Shown: positions 13,620-28,156 of the stretch, piece by piece
Layout of the letters: each line of letters starts with the position of its first letter
How positions within the stretch are numbered: position 1 is the stretch's first letter
Source of the DNA: Eledone cirrhosa
Lineage: Eukaryota
NCBI GenBank assembly: GCA_964016885.1
Contig: OZ024743.1
Coordinates: forward strand, 359,352,001 to 359,416,000
Direction: 5' to 3'
Length of the DNA: 64,000 bases
Translations under genes and position numbers: made by a program
The notes under the pieces: model-generated
The model's input: only the letters and a program-made list of their open reading frames with translations
Database searches by the model: none
Told to the model about the DNA's origin: nothing

Positions 13620-14227
13620 TTAATATCATAGTAGGAATCTCCAAAGTTTGCCTTAACCAAATAGTAAACTTCCTCTATTGGAATATTTTTATCTCTAAGT
13701 GGCTGAATATGTTAAGCCCGGTATTGATTGACTAGCATTTGTTTGACATCCACGTGCGAGAAGATATTATATAATTTCCTTTGTTCTTAGTTCACCGCTA
13801 AAAAAACAGAACTTCATGTCTTGAATAATTTCCTATATTCTGTGTAAATAAAGCGTAACTCGATGACAAACATTGACTATATTGAGAACGGTGTCACTGG
13901 TTAAGATTTCATTTGTAAACAGCTTGAAGGTGAATAACATATGGCCTTGTATTTATATTTGGTTTGTGCTTTCTGTGTGTGTTGAAGAAACATTTTGTAA
14001 TTTCGTTTTCTCATGAACAGATGTTAGTATATAAGTAAATATGTTGATTATATGCTTGTGCATATGAATATGTCTATGCAAGATCTATATACGCGCGCAC
14101 TCGCAAACACGCATACACATATACACACAGACACAGTCACTCACACTCATACACACACACAGCGACATACACAAACACACGATCACACATTCATTTTTTG
14201 GTAGTTTTCTTTAAGAAAGCATAGGTT

Positions 14228-14518
14228 TCTATCTAACAATCGATCTATATATTACGAAACGTCTGTGAGTGCTTGCTTGCTTGTCTGTAATACAGCCAAA
14301 AAGGCGCATAATGGGAAAATACTTTGAAAGAAGGTTGCCTCTGAAATGGGAATACAAATGGAATAAACCAAGTTTCGCGTAAATCGGTGCACGGGTTCCC
14401 GAGATATGGAGTTTTCTGGGTACCTTCATAAATAGAGAGAGAGAAAGAGATAGTGGTCGTGAGAGAGTAGATTGAGAGAGAAACATAGCGAGGGAGAAAG
14501 AAGGAGACAGAGAAGGAG

Positions 14519-14596
<78 letters not shown>

Positions 14597-14705
14597 CTGG
14601 TGGAGTTCTATATATATATATATGTGAGTGCGTGTGGGTGTGTCTATGACCAATGTATATAGATCACAGACACCCACACAAACACACACACACACACACA
14701 TATAT

Positions 14706-14741
<36 letters not shown>

Positions 14742-14921
14742 ATACACACACGTATATATATATACATACACACACGTATATATATGGGCCTTCCAGTTTC
14801 ATTTCACATTATATACATGTCTGTGTATATTTTAATTATTTAAATATTATTTTTAAGTAAACATGAATTAAAAAGAAATATTTTGAAGTGAACATGACCC
14901 AACAGGTCACGGGTGGTCTAG
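14228..14921 (+). mobile_element. Non-autonomous Helitron-like element, copy 1
   Basis: Starts TC. Ends with hairpin tgacc(caaca)ggtca, 8 nt, then CTAG. Paralog at 36680-37345. Confidence 0.72.
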
Positions 14922-16184
14922 CATCATTTAAAAGTTAAGCGGGGAATTTCAGAACAGTACCAATATTCTGTTGCCTGTCTCAAACGGAAATACTTGACCT
15001 GCTGTGTTTACGTTTCACGGAAGATTTGACAGTTTCTTCCGCCATTATTCATTTTGTTGGAGCGTATGTATGTACACTCAACATTAAATATATATTTCTT
15101 GAAATTTAAATCGCATGATATTGTATATTATTTTAGTATAATTTGATAGCATTTTGATAACATTTCAGCAGTTGGTGATTACGCGAATTATGTTTTTCAC
15201 GTCCTTGGTCGTTATATTCAGGAAGCTACACATACAGTTGATAATGACAGCTTGATTAAGTTTCCAAGAAACATACACAACCATGAAATTCTTTCTGTAT
15301 GCAGTATGTTTTGCTCCTGGTATATTTTGAAGTAGGTCCAATGAGACATTTTCAGGAACTGATTGATTTTTGAAAAATTCATGCCCAATTCTTACTTTGT
15401 TGCTCTGCCTACTGTTAAGGACCTAGTTTAGGCATTTAATTTTTTGCAGGTATTATCTGAGGTAAGCTGTACAATACTCAAGGTCTGTGTTGATTGATTG
15501 AGCCTTTACCATCGTAGTTTCATTTGAGATAAAGCTTATCACTATCGTTATTTTGATGAGAGCTTCCAGTTGGTGTTAGAATTTTGTGAAGTTTGTAAAT
15601 TTTGTGAATAGTATAGTGATACATAATATTGACGTTAGTACTAGAGCTGAAAATGTATTCTCTGATATTGTCTCATTAAAGAAAAATTGCCGACAAATAT
15701 TTCTAAATATTTAAAAATAAATATGTGTACATTTACATCCCCCACACACAAACTCTCTCTTTCACACACATACACATATGCATACATACACACATACACA
15801 TACACACACACACATACGCACGTGTGCTCGGTGTGTGTCTATACACAAACAAAGGACTGTATTCTGGTACAGGCACACAGAGAAACAGAGAAATAGAGAT
15901 ACACATACACAAGCATATGTAATCTATCGACTAATAACACCGTCCAGTTACTAAGGATAATATAACAATACTTTCATGACTTCATCTTAATTAGTGTATG
16001 CAACATCTAAAGAGAAAAATGAGGTCAAGACACAAAGAGTTTATATCTGTATTTTAATATGAATTGTATACATCAACCAATGAAATAACAGTAAAGTTAG
16101 CGTATGTAATATAGGGAATATTAAAATAGGTAACTAGGAATAATTATGCGCCAAGGAAACAACAACAACAATAGTCCATAATAA

Positions 16185-16870
16185 TTTATTCTTTTACTCG
16201 TTTCAGTCAATAGACTGCGGCCATAATGCGACACCACCTTAAAGAGATTTTGCTAATCATATTGGTATCAATACTTGTTATTTTTAAAGTTTGCTTCATA
16301 TTTCATCAAACTCTTTTTATCGAACTTCTAATTATACGGGACATAAATACAGAAGTAGGCAAACATATAAGCATACATACGGACACATACATGCTTACAC
16401 ACACTCACAATGTGCTGGTCAAACCCACACTGTAGTGGAAAACTCATTGCCAAAGTGCCACACTGTGGAAGTGAGCCCAAATCCATGTAGACCCCGGTAC
16501 CTAATGATTACGGATTATTAAACTTCTTCATTTAGTTATATTGCGTCCAGAGAAAAAGGTGTATTGGACTTATGCCGTTTACGGCGGCACGTATTCCAGT
16601 CATTCGAACAACGGAACAGGCATTTCGGGGAATTAACGTGCAAGTAGCTAAACATTACACAAATACATGTAGTTCTCAGGGAGATTCAGCGTGACACAGT
16701 GTGGGAAAATTTGCAACTTTTTTTTGCAGGCACAACTGATTTTTGCCAACTGAGCGAAATACAGCAACACAAAAAGTGTTTTGTTCAAGGATACAACGTG
16801 CTGCTGAGAATCGAACATATCTTCTGATGGTGAGGAGAACACTACAGCCTGTAAGCCATATGCTTTAACA
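16185..16870. mobile_element. Cluster of old SINE/interspersed-repeat fragments
   Basis: The segment gaattaacgtgcaagtagc...gtagttctcagggagattcagcgtgacac recurs diverged at about 36340-36430 and 38190-38240, and inverted at about 29570-29620. Confidence 0.55.
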
Positions 16871-17002
16871 TTGTAAGAAATACGAATTATATAAAGGACA
16901 AATGATTCTGAGGACGACATCTATATATTAGACAATACTAAACCTAATGTTAACATTTAATGCATAGAATATTAAAATGCAAACTAGAAATAGTAGAAAG
17001 GA

Positions 17003-17062
<60 letters not shown>

Positions 17063-17147
17063 TCTCACACGCACACATATATGTATATATGAATATATAT
17101 ATAAATAAATATATATATACATATATATATATATACATATGTATATA

Positions 17148-17186
<39 letters not shown>

Positions 17187-17291
17187 ATATATATATATAC
17201 ATGTGTATATATTTATATATATATATAATATATATATATATGTAATATATATTTATGCACTGCATGCGTAACATGCACGCACCCTTCGCCC

Positions 17292-17330
<39 letters not shown>

Positions 17331-17341
17331 ATATACATATT

Positions 17342-17416
<75 letters not shown>

Positions 17417-18034
17417 TCATACATATACACATGTATACAGGCTCACAGAAATAGTTGATAGCGTGTGAGTAGAAGATCAAAGATGTCGGAAGATACTGAA
17501 GTGGATTATTGAGCCATGATCAAGGAAAAGGTATTTGTTTGAAAGATAGTTGCAGGATAATTACGCCGCCAAGATGTCACGTCAAAGGTTTAAATCACTG
17601 TTGAAGCAAAGGCAGGAAGAATAATCTAAGGCTAGGGTTAAAGATTCAAGGTTATTACATTGAGGTTTCTTCTACTGATCGCCAGTAAATAACATTTAGG
17701 AAAACATGAACGAAACAGAAAGAACGTAAATTCGTCTGTTCATCCATTCATCTAACAATAGTTACGAGACTGACTGGTGAGTAGATACAAAAGAAGAAAA
17801 AACTTTCAGATAAAAATGAACGGTATGGAAAGTAGATATCGATTTATTGAAATTACCAGAAATTGTAGGCAATAAAATAACATAACCTTTCCCTGACCCC
17901 CTCTTTCTCTTACCATCGTTCTCGAACTCATGATCAAGGCCATACACACACATGCAACCGCGCATACATACATTCACGCACACATGCACACACACACACA
18001 TACACACACACACACACACGCACACACACACACA

Positions 18035-18102
<68 letters not shown>

Positions 18103-18264
18103 CTCACAGGTACAAACACACACACTTATATATTTATATATATATATTATGGATATATAATAAATACGACTCTGTTTCATGTATTGAGTCATCTCATCAG
18201 TAAATATTGCTAATTTTATACCGATAAATCTATAAGTCAACATTAACATCTATTCACCTGTTTT

Positions 18265-18658
18265 CTACCTACCAACCTATCTGCCTACTTACAAACCTAC
18301 CTACCAACCTACCTACCTACCTATCTACCTACCTACCTACCTACCTACCTACCTACCTACCGACCTACCTACCTACCTACCTACCTACCTACCTACCTAC
18401 CTACCTACCTACCTAACTACCTACCTACCTACCTACCTACCTACCTACCTACCTACCTACCTACCTACCTATCTACCTACCTACCTACCTACCTACCTAC
18501 CTACCGACCTACCTACCTACCTACCTAACTACCTACCTAACTACCTACCTACCTACCTACCTACCTAACTACCTACCTACCTACCTACCTACCTACCTAC
18601 CTACCTACCTACCTACCTACCTACCTACCTACCTACCTACCTACCTATCTATCTATCT
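18265..18658. repeat. (CCTA)n tetranucleotide microsatellite
   Basis: Directly visible; another at 33860-34020. Confidence 0.95.
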
Positions 18659-20278
18659 GATACACACACACATATACATATATATGCATACATACATCAA
18701 AGACCTCCTTCGGTCACGAGTGACCATTGGGTTTTCACCTAGAATGTTCTTTTCCGAGGTACAAGTCCGCGCAAGGTTGTTTGTGCAAGACTAGCAGTCG
18801 CCCATGCATAATGCACTCCTCTCTCTTTTTTTCTTTTCTTTCCCCCCTCATGGCCTTTTGATAGATAAAATGCTATGGGCGCGCTACGGATAGATGTATA
18901 GTTAATAATGCGCCGAAACATCCGTGATCCGTAGTTAACTACTGACGAAGGGAGACTGTCCACCTCTTGTTTGTGCCTCATTACCTTCTAACACCCGTTA
19001 TCAGTAACCACACAGCCCCCCTCTCATTCATATTTTTGATATTTACTGCTGTGACCTTCGTTCCCTCTTCTCAGCCTATCTCGCTCGATTCGTTGTGCCT
19101 GGCGAATTCATATCTCGCCACACCTTCGATCAACTCCTTCCCATTCTCTCCATTTCTCTCTCTCTCTCTCCTTCTCTCTCTCTCTCCTTTTCTCTCCTTT
19201 TCTCTCTATCGATCTCGCTTAGTTGTCAGTTCACGTGCGTCGTACACCCGTTTGGATTAACCCCCTTTCCTTCCTCTTCCTTTCTCTGTCTCTATCCCTC
19301 TCACTCACCCGTTGTGCCTTCTACTCCCTCTCGCTTCCGTTTTCTCCGTTTTTCTCTCTTTCCGTTGTGCTTTCGCTGAATACCTAGCAGCATTATTATC
19401 GCCCCGGGCTTAAACTCAACGGGTTTTTTTAAAACATGATCTCCATTCTCTCGCTTACTTGCTTACATGTACCATTGTCCCGTATTCTCCCTTCTATCGG
19501 TGTGTTTTTTAATTTTTTAACCTTTTTCCTTTTTCCCCAATTTTTTCTTTTTTCTCTACTCTCTTTCTTCTTTTCTTTCTCTCTCTCATGTTATTTTGAT
19601 AGATAAAAGGCTATGGGCGCTACGTATATATGTATATTTTATAATGCGCCGAAACATCCGTGTCCCGTAGTTAACTATTGACGAAGGGAGACTGTCTACC
19701 TCTTTTTTTTGTCTCATTACCTTCTTACACCCTATATATAAATATTATTATACTTGGGGAGTGTCATATTGTTATAATATTGGCAGAAATAATAAGAGAA
19801 CCCACTCACTGTTCGGTTTGGGTTGGTTTTCGCTTCTGTATCTTTTATATCTTCATAGTTAATTTATCTGGCAATCAATGTTTATCATTGATTGACCAAC
19901 GGTTAAAAATACAGATATAAATATATATATATATAGTCTATCAAAGTTATTTCGTCACACATCTTTGACATCATCAGTCGTACTATTATGTTTTCCCACG
20001 TTGTATTGTAATGTCTACACCATTTTTTATTTAATTAATTAATTTATTTATTCTTTGATAACTTTGATAACATTCATAGGTTTCGGCCAGTATTGGTCCA
20101 GGCCATCTCTAACTTAATAGCTACATATATATCTATATAATTGTTCAAATTATGTTAGTTTTAGCGTTCGAAGACTTATATGTAAAACATATGATGAAAC
20201 ACGTTTACGTGTTCCGCAATAAAAGTTATTCCTACTCATCTGGATTAAGGTGTTTTAAAAAAGACTTTTGTAATTTTT

Positions 20279-20422
<144 letters not shown>

Positions 20423-20631
20423 TATGTATACGTACATACATATATGTATACAGACGTACAGTAGTATGTATATACATACATACATGCACACATATATATA
20501 TATATATGTACGTATGAGTTTACCGTCCATTTATTATAATGCTCAGTTTGTTTGTAAACAAACAGCCCGAATTATTAGCCGTACAGTGTTCGGTAACCAT
20601 CGTTGCCATTTTGTTCAACACTGACAAAGGA

Positions 20632-20674
20632 ACGGTGAACTAGTTTCTAGCTTATTAGCTGTCATCAGCACAGT
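20632..20674 (-). ncRNA. Minimal type I hammerhead ribozyme
   Basis: Reverse complement: actgtg CTGATGA c-agct-aata-agct-a GAAA ctag TT caccgt; palindromic stem III, GUU site. Confidence 0.8.
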
Positions 20675-21186
20675 ATACCTTCCTGTAAGTCGATTGAACG
20701 TTTGAAATTATATACTTTCCTTATGCATATTAACGGCTGAACAGCCTAATTTGCATATCGAGTGATTTAGTCAGCCGGGCGTACCGAAAACGATGAATGG
20801 AAAAAATGAAATTTCATTTCTCACTCTTAGTACGGCTGATACTTAAATATAAGTATGTATACGTACATACATATATGTATACAGACGTACAGTAGTATGT
20901 AAATACATACATACATGCACACGTATATATATATGTACGTATGGGTTAACCGAACATTTATTATAATGCTCGGTTTGTTTGTAAACAAACAGCCCAAATT
21001 ATTAGCCGTTATATTTAAGTATGAGCCGTACTAAGAGTGAGAAATGAAATTTCATTTTTTCCATTTATCGTTTTCGGTACGCACAGCCGACTAACTCACT
21101 CGATATGCAAATTAGGCTGCTCAGCCGTTAATATACATGAGGAAAGTATATACTTTCAAACGTTCAATCGACTGACAGGGAGGTAT

Positions 21187-21229
21187 ACGGTGCTGTTGAC
21201 AGCTAATAAGCTAGAAACTAGTTCATCGA
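21187..21229 (+). ncRNA. Hammerhead copy with mutated core (CTGTTGA), probably inactive
   Basis: acggtg CTGTTGA cagctaataagcta GAAA ctag TT catcga; A6 changed to U. Confidence 0.65.
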
Positions 21230-21616
21230 TCCTTTGTTAGTGTTGGAACAAAATGGCAACGACAGTTGCCGAACACTGTACGGCTAATAACTCGGTCTGT
21301 TTGTATATAAACAAAACCAATCATCATAATAAATGTTCGGTAAACCCATACGTACATATATATATATGTATGTGCATGTATGTATGCATATACATACTAC
21401 TGTACGTCTGTATACATATATGTATGTACGTATACATACTTATATTTAATATCAGCCGTACTAAGAGTGAGAAATAACATTTCATTTTTTCCATTTATCG
21501 TTTTCGGTACGCCCGGCCGACTAACTCACTTGATATGCAAATGAGGTTGCTCAGCCGTTAATATGCCCAAGGAAAGTATATACTTTCAAACGTTCAATCG
21601 ACTGACAGGAAGGTAT

Positions 21617-21659
21617 ACGGTGCTGATGACAGCTAATAAGCTAGAAACTAGTTCATCAT
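21617..21659 (+). ncRNA. Minimal type I hammerhead ribozyme
   Basis: acggtg CTGATGA cagctaataagcta GAAA ctag TT catcat. Confidence 0.78.
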
Positions 21660-21913
21660 TCTTTTGTCAGTGTTGTACAAAATGGCAACGACGGTTGCCG
21701 AACACTGTACGGCTAATAATTCGGGGTGTTTGTTTACAAACAAACCGAACATTATAATAAATGTTCGGTAAATCCATACGTACATATATATATGTGCATG
21801 TATGTATGTATATACATACTACTGTACGTCTGTATACATATATGTATGTACGTATACCTACTTATATTTAAGTATCAGCCGTACTAAGAGTGAGAAATTA
21901 AATTTCATTGTTT

Positions 21914-21985
<72 letters not shown>

Positions 21986-22049
21986 AGTGTAATTTACTAC
22001 ACAAAACGAAGGTTATAGAGAAAATTGAGGCACACAGCAGTCAACTTGT

Positions 22050-22540
<491 letters not shown>

Positions 22541-22594
22541 ACTATAGTGGATAGTATTATTTGATGAGACATAATTAAATAAATCTCATTTTCC

Positions 22595-22666
<72 letters not shown>

Positions 22667-22869
22667 TTCCTACGTGCAAAAATGCATATAGGGACACATG
22701 TATTATCCAACCGTATGACAATGTTGTTCTATGGCAGGTTAATAAATTAACGATCCAGAACATATATAATCAAGGTTTAGCAAATAGAGAAAAAGTTTTA
22801 AAATAAATTTTAAAAAGTTTACTGTACTTGCTATATTTACCCTTACTGCGTGGTTTCAAGTCTCAAAAT

Positions 22870-23050
22870 AAATGGATAATCCATGCGGATAACCATTGCG
22901 AAGGAGACTTTCGTCAGAGGGTTCTTCTCACTCGGAGAATATAAAATTGCCGAGTTCAAATCACGAACTGGTGCCATACGGACCTGTTCCCGGATGAGAG
23001 TGTATGATAAAGAAACAATCTTGACATGATCACAACTTTAAAAAATCCTA
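22870..23050 (-). mobile_element. Possible Penelope-like RT thumb fragment
   Basis: Minus-strand LLRNGYPHG at about 22880-22908 matches the PLE L..NGYP motif; otherwise weak. Confidence 0.35.
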
Positions 23051-23223
23051 GCGCGAGTTTATTATATAAATGTGTATCGTATATGCCTTCACATATACCT
23101 TTATTATGAATCACGATATGTTAGTGCTGCTGCTAATTAATCTTAACCAGGAAAGTTTGCAAATGTTTTACACGCCAAAATGTATGCTATAGCGTATTCT
23201 TCTCTCAGTAAAATTGGAGTAAA

Positions 23224-23268
23224 TACCACTGATGATGATAAGAGTTCCTGAAACACTGGTGTCTGGTG
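23224..23268 (+). ncRNA. Solitary type I hammerhead with a weak stem II
   Basis: tacca CTGATGA tgataagagttcct GAAA cac-tg-gtg TC tggtg. Confidence 0.62.
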
Positions 23269-23855
23269 TTCTCACATCGATAGTGACGTAGTTGTGACGT
23301 GATTACTGCTTAAAACAACAATAGTGAGACATTTTTTATTATATGTAAATATAGCGTATATGCCTTCATATACACCTACATATATGCGATATATCATTAT
23401 CATTATTAAGAAGTGTTTTTGTGTTGAAATCATCTTATTAACAACAGATATACGATATATCAATATCAATCCTTTATAAAATTAAGTGTTTTTTTGTGTC
23501 GAAATGATCTTACTGAAATATTAAAAAAACTTACGCAGTATATAAATCATGTTATATTAAGACAATAACCGAGGGAAAAACATCGCTTGAGAAATAATGC
23601 GAAACATTTCTTATCTAACACGTTTACTATAAAGGAAGTTTCTATTGGATGAGTTAGTAGAAATATCTAGGGAGGACACGAAAAGGAAGAAGCATAGAAA
23701 ACATAAAAAGAAAATTGTAAGAGGAAATGAAACGAAGAACGAGAAAGAGATTTGGCATCTGATACGACTTGTCTAATGGTTAAGCCATTTAAACTAGAGT
23801 TAAATATATAAATAAAGTCATATGATATATATTCAAAAAAATATTTCTATACATA

Positions 23856-23902
<47 letters not shown>

Positions 23903-23984
23903 GTCTGTCTATCTGTCCGTCACTCTCTTTATCTACACCCCTCTATCTATGTATATACTCACCCCTTATATATATATATATATG

Positions 23985-24025
<41 letters not shown>

Positions 24026-24519
24026 GTAAGAGTGAAAGTGAGTAAAGTCGAAGTTGCGGTGCTCCGGCAGCATCCACGAAGAGACAATATTCCGTAGCTT
24101 TGCACGAAGCACTCAATAAGATGATATCGATAAATCGATAAGTTACAACTTAGAGTAATAAACATACGTTAAATGGGGTGACAAATTGAAAACTGGTTAA
24201 GGGGACGAAGCCACAGAAGCCAACACAACAACGAAAATACAATCAGGTTAAATAACAAACCTGGACAGTATTGAAAGATATTATGCAATATCCTCGATTG
24301 GTTTCTGTGAATTCTAAACCAACAATCCAACTTGTGCAATCCAACTTGAACACCGAACGCAGACTCACGTTACCAACATGTTTCCGTTCCATGCTTAGAA
24401 CTCAGTGTGAAGCGTCGCCGTAAATGACTCTAGTATCACTCACTGCGGCGCTACCACGTGCTCTTTCTCAAGGAAAGAGGAAGAATCATACATATTTATA
24501 TGTATATATATACATACAA

Positions 24520-26215
24520 CAGAGTCCCGAACATGTTCCTTGCTCCTGGCATGGTCATACCTTCACCAACTGGGATTCAACAGGGTGACACTTTGGGCAC
24601 TTTCCTCTTTGTTCTCGGTATGGACCGCATTGCTCGAAACATCACTGCCCCTTTCAACGTTTGGCACCTGGATGATGCCACGCTGGGCGGGCTCGTGGAG
24701 ACTGTTTGCCACGACCTGTAATCGGGGGTTCCTGCTTTGGTGAGAATTGGCTTTGTTGTCAGCTTGTCCAAGTCGGAGGTGGTGAATGTTAATCACAACG
24801 CAGAGAGAGTTGCAGCTTCTGTCTCGGACGTGAGACCCATAGTCCGCCATGTTCAGGTGACTGCTGAAGAGGATACCTTCATTCTAGGTTACCGTTCCTC
24901 CCGCCGGCCATCCACTCCACCATCAGGTCCAGGCTCTAACAACTCACAACGCTCACGAGCGGACTGGGCATTAGTGACGCCCATCACACTCTCTTCCTAT
25001 TGAGGAACTGCTTCGCCATTCCGAAGCTCCTCTGCAAGGGGTAGCGCCCCTTGCTACAGCCACGCATCTTTCTTTTGCTGACCTCGACACTTATGTCTGA
25101 GTGGCAGCTGAGGAGATATGTATCATCAGGTCCTACGACTTTGGATAGCAACAGGCCACATTACCTGTTAGATAGGGTGGCCTTGGTTTTCGGTCTCACT
25201 GGCTTTGCCGGCGTTTCTTTCGTCGGTAACCTCCTGATATGTCCTCATCTACAAGGTTCTCCTGCAGCACAATGGATACAACTGTGATTGACGAACGTGA
25301 GCCCGCCTGCGAGACTTGGAACCGGCTCAGACTCCACCCAGTAGACGTCCCTCATCCTCTTCTCCCTGTAGGCGTCAAATCCCCACTGAGCATATGGGAT
25401 GCCATTTAGTGCGAGATGGCCTCCAACATGCTAGCACGCCAGCTCGACTAGCATTGTCTCGCTTGTTCACCCACGGCTTTGCAACCCTACAGCTTTACGA
25501 CTGGCGCGGGACTGGATAATGATAGCCTGTGAATTGAGGTTTCCCTGAGGCTCGGTCTTCGGATCAGCAAGCCACACAAATGTCGCTGCGGATCCACCAT
25601 AGACTCTTTCGTCCTCCACCTGCTGTCCTGTCGCTGCAGTGTCGGCGACCTTTTACGCCATGCTGCTCTCAACGAGGTCATAAAGGATGGCTTGGATGCT
25701 GCAGGCTTCCTCTACCAGCTTTAGCTAGCGTGGCTGGACTGAGGAGACGGAAAATGGCTAGAGGACATGACTATATTCCCGTTCCGCGGTGGTAAACCCC
25801 TCATCTGGGATGCGACATGGAGCGACACATTCTCCAGTGGCACCCTGGTGCCGCCTGTGACTGACCCAAGCTCTGCTGCACTTCGTGCCAAGGAGGGTTA
25901 CTTCTCCAAATATCGGTCACTCTCCAACAGGTTTGCGAGCCCGTAGCAGTGGAGACTTCTGGTTTTCACCTCCCTACTCTGTAACATCGGCACAGATTTG
26001 ACTACCCGCAGGTGTAAGCCTCGCGAGGTGGAATGGCTCCTTCAGGGCGTCTCCTTCATCCTCTTCCGGGGAATCGCCTTCTCTATTTTGTCCACCGGTG
26101 GCGCGGGGTGGCCAGCGCCTAGGCTCCCATTTGCTCATAATAGTGAGAGATGGGGAGAGCGAGAGAGACGGAGGCAGTTACAGTGGGTGTTTGGTTCCTT
26201 TGTGTTCGGAGTTGG
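24520..26215 (+). mobile_element. Degenerate CRE-like RLE non-LTR retrotransposon (RT to 3' end)
   Basis: GIQQGDTLGTFLF, WHLDDATLGG, HKCRCGS, RHAALNEVIK, GKPLIWDAT and SKYRSL; shares its 3' part and UTR with 34734-35582. Confidence 0.8.
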
Positions 26216-26267
26216 TGTATATGTATATATTCATTTACTGCACCACATGTTACACACACATTAAATG

Positions 26268-26432
<165 letters not shown>

Positions 26433-26759
26433 TAAATTATGTCCATAGAATTATTTGATAAAATATATACACTATTTCCTCTCCCAATTAGCATAATTAG
26501 CCATATAAAAAATCAATTAGACCAGGCTCTAAGAATAAAGGCTCCTATGAAGAAATATTTGATAAATAAACTACACCAGCCTCTTCGCGGCCGCCGACCG
26601 CAACAGAACATTTACTCAACATTTCAACAGCATGTAGTAACTGACTAAATATACCGTCAACCATACACAATTAGGTATAAATTTAAAGTTAGAAGAAATG
26701 AGTACGAACTACCGTAATTATGTCCCTACCCTGGGTTTCGTTCGCGTTTTGAGATATGC

Positions 26760-26811
<52 letters not shown>

Positions 26812-26851
26812 ATAAATAAAAATATTTGTTTTAAATATATACATAAATAAT

Positions 26852-27035
26852 TATTTCTACTTTTGGCACGAGGCCAGCAATTATTCCAGTGTATTACTGG
26901 TACTTTATTTTATCGACCCCGTAAGGATGAAAGGCAAAGTTAACCTCGGCGGGATTTGAACTCAGTCCGTAAAGGGACGTAACTGTGCTGCAAAACATGG
27001 CGTCCGACCCTCTTCCGATACTGCCAACCCACCGC
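26852..27035 (-). mobile_element. tRNA-headed SINE, full length
   Basis: A box TGGCAGTATCGG and B box GAGTTCAAATCC on the minus strand; TSD acataaataat (26841 and 27036). Confidence 0.9.
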
Positions 27036-27218
27036 ACATAAATAATATTACAAATTTCTCGCAATTCCTTTAGAATGAAAATAAAAAGACAAATATAAAC
27101 TAATTACTTAGCAAAGGTGAAATTTTGCTGTTAGCTGTTGAAATTTGAATCAATTCAAAAACACTTTGATTGAGTTCCCACTTCTACAAAGCAGCATCTA
27201 TTATTTAATACTCCTTTA

Positions 27219-27437
27219 GTCCGACCCTCTACCGATACTGCCAATCCACCTAGGGCGGTGGATTGGCAGTATCGGTAGAGGGTCGGACGCCATGCTTTCC
27301 AGCATAGTTACGTCCCTTTACGATCTGAGTTCAAATCCCGCCGAGGTTGACTTTGCCTTTCATCCTTACGGGGTCGATAAAATAAAGTACCAGTAATGCA
27401 CTGGGTAATTGCTGGCCTTGTGCCTAAAGTAGAAACA
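27219..27437 (+). mobile_element. SINE (27253-27437) preceded by an inverted copy of its own 5' 32 nt
   Basis: A and B boxes present; TSD attatttaatactccttt (27200 and 27438) encloses both parts. Confidence 0.9.
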
Positions 27438-27482
27438 ATTATTTAATACTCCTTTGTACATCACTATAACATTTTGAATAAT

Positions 27483-27673
27483 CCTTTCTACTTTTGGCAC
27501 AAGGACAGATATTATTCAAGTGCATTACTAGTGCTTTATTTTATCAACCCCGTAAGTATGAAAGGTAAAGCTAACCTCGGCGGTATTTGACCTCAGACCC
27601 TAAAGGGCCGTAACTCTATGCTGCAAATCATAGCGTTCGTCACTCTACCGATACTGCCAATCCACCGCCATAG
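27483..27673 (-). mobile_element. SINE, more diverged
   Basis: TSD cattttgaataat (27470 and 27674). Confidence 0.88.
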
Positions 27674-27972
27674 CATTTTGAATAATATCTATACTCATGT
27701 ATTCATTCTTTTAGAAAGATGATCGTTTATTTATATTTTTTATTTGATAGGTTTATTAGTTAATATCTATTTATTAAAAAAATATCAATTGGTAATTACA
27801 TTTTTCGTTTAAGATAGTTTATTAAAATAATATTTCAAAACGAAAAGTTTTCCTTGTGCTTCTTCGTGTTAATAAATATACAAGAATGCTATCATAACGA
27901 TGAAACTGAAAAAGAAAACAAACAAATAAAACAAAACAAAAAGAAAACTGTTTACATGTTCTCTTGACCAAT

Positions 27973-28156
27973 GATTGTTTCTACTTTAGGCACAAGACCA
28001 GCAATTACCCAGTGCATTACTGGTACTTTATTTTATCGACCCCGTAAGGATGAAAGGCAAAGTCAACCTCGGCGGGATTTGAACTCAGATCATAAAGGGA
28101 CGTAACTATGCTGGAAAGCATGGCGTCCGACCCTCTACTGATACTGCCAATCCACC
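27973..28156 (-). mobile_element. SINE, young
   Basis: TSD gttctcttgaccaat (27958 and 28157). Confidence 0.9.

Noticed and set aside
20075-20115. Minus-strand ggcc..ggcc-GAAA hammerhead remnant
   Set aside because: Core reads TTAGAGAT and stems I and III do not pair; at most a relic
27253-27345. tRNA gene suggested by A and B boxes
   Set aside because: No cloverleaf or acceptor stem; it is the head of a multi-copy SINE with TSDs
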